Position numbers and translations under genes: made by a program. Below are positions 57,554 through 64,000 of a DNA stretch of 64,000 bases, piece after piece (positions within the stretch are counted from its first letter, which is position 1; the number at the start of each line of letters is the position of its first letter). Source of the stretch: Dehalococcoidia bacterium. GTDB lineage: Bacteria; Chloroflexota; Dehalococcoidia; Bin125. The stretch lies in the NCBI GenBank assembly GCA_963555985.3, contig OY820591.1:2176001-2240000 (forward strand). Direction: 5' to 3'. A model generated the notes under the pieces. It made no database searches. It was not told the DNA's origin and was given only the letters and a program-made list of their open reading frames with translations.

Positions 57554-57807
57554 GCTGCGTCTCGTTCCCCCCGCCGGCGCTGAGTCCGACCGCTCGGCCT
57601 TGGTGCTGCCTAGCATCCAAATCTATGCCGGTCGTCTCCCCGCCCGCAAACGGAGTTTGTCACCCCGATTAGCCAAGCGTAAAGCGTCCCGCCCCTCGAT
57701 CGCCAGAGCGATCCGGGCTCCGCTTCACGGCGATAGCGCGCAGCCGGATCACTGGCGCAACACCGGCGGTCTGGTTACTATCGAGTCAGCGCAAAGCCGC
57801 GTCGCGT

Positions 57808-57883
57808 GGGGCTGTAGCTCAGCTGGGAGAGCGTTTGACTGGCAGTCAAAAGGCCGGGGGTTCGAGTCCCCCCAGCTCCACCA
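57808..57883 (+). tRNA. tRNA-Ala(GGC)
   Basis: GGGGCTG acceptor with G3:U70, anticodon loop CTGGCAG, GGTTCGAGTCC, encoded CCA. Confidence 0.97.
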
Positions 57884-58209
57884 AACTCCCTAAAGTCAAG
57901 GAATCCCGACCGGCACTCTGCTGAGAGCATGCACCGCCATCGGCGGAATCCATACGAGGAACAGGAAGAAAAGGATCTTCAGGCTTCAGGGCGTCCTGGG
58001 TCTCGCGCTCGAGCAACTTCAGGAGGCGGAACCCCTAATCAACGGCAACGTCCTCCCTTTTGAAGGGCGAGGCCGGGATCGGCAAGACTCACCTGCCGTG
58101 CAATCTTGCCCGTAGCCGAGTCGACGCGGGCCTGCCGACCGCTCTGCTCATGGGTCAGCGATTTCTGATCAAAGACGACCTTTGGGTCCAGGCGTTGCGG
58201 CAACTGCAT

Positions 58210-58572
58210 CTAGAGCTTGTTCACGCAAAACGAAGGTGTCGCCTGCGCAACAGTGAAGCCTCGGCCAAGCGCTTGACTGCCGGCGTTCATCGCAGTACGT
58301 TTGTACTTATCATCTCCGAGCACGAAGCGAGCCTCGTCATGCCCGCCCCCAGCCTTCCCCAACCTGGAGCCCCGGCCTGTTCCAAAGTGACCGGGAACTT
58401 TCCGAGACCTACCCAGACTGACCAACGCCAACCAATCCTAACCATCCTGAACGCACGATCTCCCGTAAAACACTGGGCATCGCATGTTTTCGAGCCGGAA
58501 CAAAAAAATTCTCCACAGCACTACCGCGCGAACACCCGCAACGCCCGCGCAAGTAGTGTGAACAGGCCCTGG
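58210..58572 (+). mobile_element. Non-autonomous element with IS5-like TIRs, SOS box and 10-bp phased repeats (copy B)
   Basis: CTAGAGCTTGTTCACGC / GTGTGAACAGGCCCTGG; AGTACGTTTGTACT; GAACGCACGATC identical to copy A. Confidence 0.8.
58273..58313 (+). promoter_or_regulatory. Sigma70 promoter overlapped by a LexA-type box
   Basis: TTGACT-N17-TACGTT; palindrome AGTAC-GTTT-GTACT (58294-58307); second -10 TATCAT. Confidence 0.65.
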
Positions 58573-59015
58573 GCGCTCTTGAACCCGAACAGTCTCTGGG
58601 TGCTCTCGAAGCGGCAGCGCAAGCCGCGATCGGCCCGTTCGAACCGGTCCGGGATCCGATCTGGACGCTCTTGATGTCGCTCGCCTTCATCTACCTGGCC
58701 ACCCGGGTGCCCTTAACGTTGGGCGCCTCCAGCCCGTTCGATGCCTGGCTGCTGACGCTCTGGTCCGGTCCCTCCCTGCCCTGCCGCTGGCGGCTTCCGC
58801 ATCGACCAGCCGGTGCGCCCGCGCGGCGGGACGGGACAGTCACCGATCTGGAGTTGCTCCACCGCCTCGCTGCCCGGTACTCCCTGATAGTCATGTACAG
58901 GTGCCACGCTGTGGGAGGTCGAGTCTGTTAAGCTCGTACCCTACTTGCTGACAGCCTTGTGAAGAGCCCCGGCGCGCAGCAGATTCGAGCCGTTGCCGGA
59001 GCTACGGGTGGAGCT

Positions 59016-60338
59016 ATGGAGATCAGAAACCTGATCATCGACGACCGCGAGAGAGGAATCTTCCGGGTACACCGGTCGGCCATGACCTCCGACGAGTTAT
59101 TCCAGCGGGAACGCGAGCTGATCTTCAACCGCTGCTGGATCTACCTGGGGCACGAGTCGGAAGTGGAGGAACCCGGAGACTATCGCCGCCGCACGGTGGC
59201 GGGACGGCCGCTCTTCTTCGCTCGTGGCAAGGACTGCCAGGTCCGAGTATTCCTCAACACCTGCCCTCACCGGGGCGCCTTGATCTGCCGCCGCGACATG
59301 GGAAACGCCGAGGTCCTGCAGTGCTTCTATCACGCCTGGACGTTCAACACCCGCGGAGAGCTGATCGGCGTGCCCGGCGAAGACGCCTACGGCCCCGCGT
59401 TCGACCGCAGCGAACTGGGCCTGAAGCAGCCGCCCAGGGTCGAAAGCTATCGCGGCTTTATCTTCGTGAGCTTCAACCCCGACGCCGACGACCTGATCAC
59501 CTACCTCGGAGGGGCCAGGGAATACCTTGACCTGATCGAGGACCAGGTCGACGAAGGGATGCGAGTGGTCGCTGGTTCCAACAAGTACACGATCAAGGCC
59601 AACTGGAAGTTGCTGGGGGAAAACAGCTTCGACGGGTACCATCTGGTGCCGACGCACCAGACATACCTCGACTACATCAGCAGCCTGGGAACCGACGACA
59701 GCGGAGAAACACTGGCTGCACGTCCTCCCGGTGTGGCGAGAGCCTTGGGCAACGGACACTGCGTGGCGGTGAACATCGCCCGCAACGGCCGCCCCATCGC
59801 GCGCTGGCACCCGCTGTTCGGCGAGGAAGCCAGAGAGCCCATCGCGCAAGTCCGCCGGCGATTGGTGGAGAAGTACGGGGAAGAGCGCGCCTACCAGATG
59901 GCCGACACCTCTCGAAACCTGCTCATCTATCCCAATCTGGTCATCAACGACTTTGTAGCCATCACTATCAGGTACTTCGAACCCCTGGCCCCCGACCGCA
60001 TGGAGGTGACCGCCTGGCACCTGGCCCCGAAGGTAGAATCGGAGGCCATGCTGACCACCCGGTTGGACAGCTTCCTGACCTTCCTCGGGCCGAGCGGTTT
60101 CGCCACCCCCGATGACGTGGAAGCGCTGGAATCATGCCAGGCCGGCTACCGTGCCACCGAGCTCGAGTGGTCCGACCTCTCCAGGGGTATGCTGAACCCC
60201 GAGCCGGGAACATCGGACGAACTGCAGATGCGCGGATTTTGGCGGCAATGGCACGCCCACATGCAAGGCTTGAGCCACGCCAATGTTCAGGACGGCCAGC
60301 CTCTGAAAGCAGAAGCCGTGCTGGCAACGGACGACTGA
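59016..60338 (+). CDS. Rieske ring-hydroxylating oxygenase alpha subunit
   Basis: NTCPHRG..CFYHAW, NWKL..EN..DGYH..TH, TPDD. Confidence 0.95.
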   Translation: MEIRNLIIDDRERGIFRVHRSAMTSDELFQRERELIFNRCWIYLGHESEVEEPGDYRRRTVAGRPLFFARGKDCQVRVFLNTCPHRGALICRRDMGNAEVLQCFYHAWTFNTRGELIGVPGEDAYGPAFDRSELGLKQPPRVESYRGFIFVSFNPDADDLITYLGGAREYLDLIEDQVDEGMRVVAGSNKYTIKANWKLLGENSFDGYHLVPTHQTYLDYISSLGTDDSGETLAARPPGVARALGNGHCVAVNIARNGRPIARWHPLFGEEAREPIAQVRRRLVEKYGEERAYQMADTSRNLLIYPNLVINDFVAITIRYFEPLAPDRMEVTAWHLAPKVESEAMLTTRLDSFLTFLGPSGFATPDDVEALESCQAGYRATELEWSDLSRGMLNPEPGTSDELQMRGFWRQWHAHMQGLSHANVQDGQPLKAEAVLATDD

Positions 60339-60375
60339 CAGCCCTACGTTCAGGGCCCGTTGGACAAGTGCAACG

Positions 60376-60870
60376 ATGACAACCGCTCACACGCCCTCGC
60401 TGCGCGAATTGGTGGAAGACTTCCTGTTCAAAGAGGCGGAGCTCCTCGATGATTGGCGCCTGGACGATTGGGTTGGTTTGTTTACCGAAGATGGCCGCTA
60501 CGTGGTGCCCACCACCGATTTGCCGGAAGGCGACCCGAAACGCGATCTGGTGTTCATAGACGACGACATCACCCGTCTGCGCGCCCGGGCGGTGCGGTTG
60601 AACAGCCGTCATGCTCACCGCGAGTATCCGTGGTCGCGTACCCGCCGGTTTGTTTCCAACGTGCGGGTTGCCGAAACCAGAGACGGCGAACTGTCGGTCA
60701 CAGCAAACGTCATGGTCTACCGGTTCCGCAGCGGCGAAGGAGCGCCTTACGTCGGCCGCGTCCACTACATCCTGCGGCGAGACGATGGGGAGTTGCGAAT
60801 CGCCTATCGTCGCGCCGTGCTGGATCTGGAAGCCCTCTCCTGGCACGGAGCGGTCAGCATCATCTTTTGA
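60376..60870 (+). CDS. Ring-hydroxylating oxygenase beta subunit
   Basis: FLFKEAELLDDW, EYPWSRTRRFVSNV. Confidence 0.93.
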   Translation: MTTAHTPSLRELVEDFLFKEAELLDDWRLDDWVGLFTEDGRYVVPTTDLPEGDPKRDLVFIDDDITRLRARAVRLNSRHAHREYPWSRTRRFVSNVRVAETRDGELSVTANVMVYRFRSGEGAPYVGRVHYILRRDDGELRIAYRRAVLDLEALSWHGAVSIIF

Positions 60871-61164
60871 TGCCCCGAACCCTCCGATCAGGCAGTGCCT
60901 GGCTACCTGCCGAGTATCCGAGCTGGCGGCGCTGATCTGGGCTGGCATGATCCCGATTCCTTGAGCGAAGAGGTTTCCACGACGGGACTACTGTTCCCCA
61001 TATCGAACACGGGCGCGACTTCACCGCTCAGGTCGTCCCGGCCGAAGATTGGCCCACCCTCAACATCTATCCCAAGCTGTGGGGCGAAACGATGGGCGAC
61101 GACAGGCATGAGTTCTGGCTCGCTTGTGAAACCGCGCTGCGGCTGCGCCTCTCCGGTAGGGCGT

Positions 61165-62376
61165 CTAGAAGGACGGCAGTTGCGGATCGAGTCCCAGCCT
61201 CACGCGGCCTGCGCCCTCTTGCAGCCCTCGCCATTTCTCGAGCGAAGCGCAGATCGCGTGGGCATCCCGCAGACCCGCTTCGACGGGGTTCGCACGCGCG
61301 TAGAAGGCGCTCCCCATGAGCAGCAGGAGGTCACTGAGCAGCGCTCGCGTCTGATCCATGACCCAGAGCGACGTGGCGTACATCTGCGCCTGCGCCGCTC
61401 GGCTCAGTTCGCCCGCCTGGGCGTCGGCCCAGACTGCCTCCGCCATCGCCTGGAGGCCTGCGCTGTAGACGTCGACGGCCGCGGTCGCTTCGCCCAAGCG
61501 CTGGTGAAAGCTCACTCGGTCGCGCGCGATGATCGAACCGGACGTTCGCGCGGCGAGGCGCGTGGCCGTCTCGTCGATCGCCCGACGCGCAATCCCCACG
61601 AGCATCGCCGCAGACGCAGGCGGGCCCATGTGGGCGAGCACCGGGATCCGGAAGACTGGGCGATCGATGACCACGGCCGGCTTGATCAGTGAGCGGGTAC
61701 GGCCTTCCGGGACGAAGGCATCCGTGACCGTTGCGGCGTCGCTGCCGGTCCCGCGCATGGCGCGGGCGGTTCCCCACGTAGATTCGACGCTGAAGTCCGA
61801 GGCGGGCAGGATGAACTGGCGTCTGTCCGGCATGCCCTCCAACTCGCGGACCGCCCCGTTCTCGTGGACGTCACCATGAAAGAGCGCCCAGGGCGCGTCA
61901 TTCACGCCGGTCATGAACGGAGCGCGTCCGCTTGCGCGATAGCCGCCCTCGACCGGCTGCCCATGGACGGTCGTGACGCCGCCAAAGCCGAACGGGCCAG
62001 GCTCTGCGGCGAAGATCGGATCACGGGCGTCGGCCTCCAGGCCCGCAGCCGCGGCGCACAGGGCGGCCGAGTTCGCGATGTGCCAGGCCGCGCTGGGGTC
62101 CGAATAACCCAGCTCTTCGAAGACTGCGATCCCTTTGGGGAACGCCACCTCGGCGCCCCCTACCTCACGCGGTGCGATCATGGTGAAGAGACCCGCGTCG
62201 CGCATTGCCTGCACCACCTCAGGCGCCATGCGGCAATGTTCGTCGGCCCATGCGCGGTTGGCGTCGATCGTGCCTCGCAGATCGCGGGCAGCCGCGACCA
62301 GATCGGTACTGTTCGCCACGATCGCCTCCAACCATTGCGATGTCGGACTGCCAGCGAACTCCTCGCCGGGCGGCAA
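61165..62376 (-). CDS. Acyl-CoA dehydrogenase-fold flavin monooxygenase (HsaA-like)
   Basis: AGLF..PREVGG, PFMTG, W..AMRGTGS, LRDAH. Confidence 0.85.
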   Translation of the reverse strand: MPPGEEFAGSPTSQWLEAIVANSTDLVAAARDLRGTIDANRAWADEHCRMAPEVVQAMRDAGLFTMIAPREVGGAEVAFPKGIAVFEELGYSDPSAAWHIANSAALCAAAAGLEADARDPIFAAEPGPFGFGGVTTVHGQPVEGGYRASGRAPFMTGVNDAPWALFHGDVHENGAVRELEGMPDRRQFILPASDFSVESTWGTARAMRGTGSDAATVTDAFVPEGRTRSLIKPAVVIDRPVFRIPVLAHMGPPASAAMLVGIARRAIDETATRLAARTSGSIIARDRVSFHQRLGEATAAVDVYSAGLQAMAEAVWADAQAGELSRAAQAQMYATSLWVMDQTRALLSDLLLLMGSAFYARANPVEAGLRDAHAICASLEKWRGLQEGAGRVRLGLDPQLPSF

Positions 62377-62508
62377 GTCTAGTTAACCCACGCTTCGATT
62401 GACGCCTCGGCGACGATTCGCGCTGCGGCGTTCAGGCTTCAGCAGGGATGCCGCGAGTGTTAGCTTGCGAGCCAAGGTTGGGACGCTCAAAGCCGTTCGG
62501 AGAACATC

Positions 62509-63390
62509 GTGGATGTCGGCATCTTCACTTGGACGAATGCCTCGATCGACCCGGCCGTGTTGGCGAAGCGGGCCGAGGAACTCGGTTTCGAGTCGTTCTG
62601 GGTACCGGAGCTTCCCATCATCCCTATTGAGGCGAATCAGGACTTCCCGACAGACACAATCAGCGGGGTGGACACGAGCTCGGCGACGGACCCGTTCGTG
62701 GCGTTGTCCCGGGCGTCGGCCGTCACCACCAGGATCAAGATAGGTACCGGGGTCTGCTTGGTACCGGAACACAACCCATTTCACCTGGCAAAGAAAGTGG
62801 CAAGCCTGGATCAGTTCTCGCGCGGCCGATTCATCTTCGGCATCGGCGCCGGCGGACTCCGAGAGCAGCAGGAGATCATGGGGGCCGACTTCGACCACCG
62901 CTGGACCCAGACCCGAGACGCGATGCTGGCGATGAAGCAGCTGTGGACCCAGGACGAGGCGGAGTACCACGGACCCTACTACGACTTCCCGCCGGTCAAG
63001 TTGTTCCCCAAGCCGGCCCAGAAGCCTTACCCGCCGGTGTTTCTGGGCGGTACGGCGAAGAATGTGCTCAAGCGAGTCGTTGACTACGGCGACGGCTGGA
63101 TGCCCGCTCGAGCTGCCACAATTGTGTCCAAGGACCACGCAAACTTCGTTGATCGGGAGGAAATCGAACGAGGCCGGAAGGAACTGAACGATCTGGCTGA
63201 GGCAGCCGGCCGGGACCCCGCATCCATCCAGGTCTTGGCCTTCGGCGGTCCCCGCCAATACCGGACCCGGGCAGCGATCGACGCACTGGAAGAGGCTGGG
63301 GCAGACCGGGCGACTATCTGGTTGAGAAGTGACACTGAAGGCGGGGCCCTCGAAGAGATGGCGGAGCTCGCCAGCGAGGTGTTGGACTAG
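62509..63390 (+). CDS. LLM-class probable F420-dependent oxidoreductase
   Basis: AEELGFESFWVPE, DPFVAL, LAKKVASLDQFSRGR, PKPAQKP, GDGW. Confidence 0.9.
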   Translation: MDVGIFTWTNASIDPAVLAKRAEELGFESFWVPELPIIPIEANQDFPTDTISGVDTSSATDPFVALSRASAVTTRIKIGTGVCLVPEHNPFHLAKKVASLDQFSRGRFIFGIGAGGLREQQEIMGADFDHRWTQTRDAMLAMKQLWTQDEAEYHGPYYDFPPVKLFPKPAQKPYPPVFLGGTAKNVLKRVVDYGDGWMPARAATIVSKDHANFVDREEIERGRKELNDLAEAAGRDPASIQVLAFGGPRQYRTRAAIDALEEAGADRATIWLRSDTEGGALEEMAELASEVLD

Positions 63391-63498
63391 AGCATGGCGC
63401 CACTGCAACGACCTCGTGTTGTGCTGTTGAGTGAGCAACGGATTCCCCGGCTTTGCTTCCGGGAGATAGAGTGTGTGAGTCGCACGCATCTCAGATGA

Positions 63499-64000
<502 letters not shown>

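Larger units (their letters stand above)
57940..58630 (+). pseudogene. Remnant of an Avs-like STAND/NACHT NTPase, frameshifted and split by a mobile element
   Basis: KGEAGIGKTHL..GLPTALLMGQRF..WVQALRQLHL, resuming after the insert as LGALEPEQSLGALEAAAQAA. Confidence 0.7.

Noticed and set aside
60903-61109. Glyoxalase/VOC gene
   Set aside because: Only a vague LGIDVEGGP resemblance in a degraded frame; not supportable as a feature

Overview
High-GC bacterial chromosome segment. Gene content suggests a Chloroflexota/Dehalococcoidia (SAR202-like) organism, possibly host- or sponge-associated; this is inference from five family III CoA-transferase loci, three enoyl-CoA hydratases, LLM/F420 enzymes, tandem SDRs, an enolase-family dehydratase, a Rieske dioxygenase and a class F sortase. 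Most of the window is ordinary metabolism (coaE, tag, cimA, AICAR transformylase, katG, speB, NAD-linked formate dehydrogenase) plus tRNA-Pro(CGG) and tRNA-Ala(GGC). The accessory signals are more unusual. (1) A dispersed element family combines a LexA/SOS-box-like promoter with arrays of repeats phased at exactly 10 bp. Two copies (31147-31531, 58210-58572) carry IS5-like terminal inverted repeats, and one of them splits an Avs-like STAND NTPase remnant. Similar arrays lie inside an HTH-protein gene (10188-11123). (2) A c-di-AMP (ydaO) riboswitch has its own promoter and terminator but no downstream gene, only about 220 nt of structured RNA. (3) Two coupled Pro-rich micro-ORFs sharing a PPTLPPxP motif converge on a Pycsar-effector-like 3-TM gene. 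(4) Nested REP/MITE repeats, damaged PIN toxin-antitoxin pairs and a mosaic Tat-exported protein splitting the formate dehydrogenase genes are also present. All calls are by eye from sequence motifs; no database searches were run.
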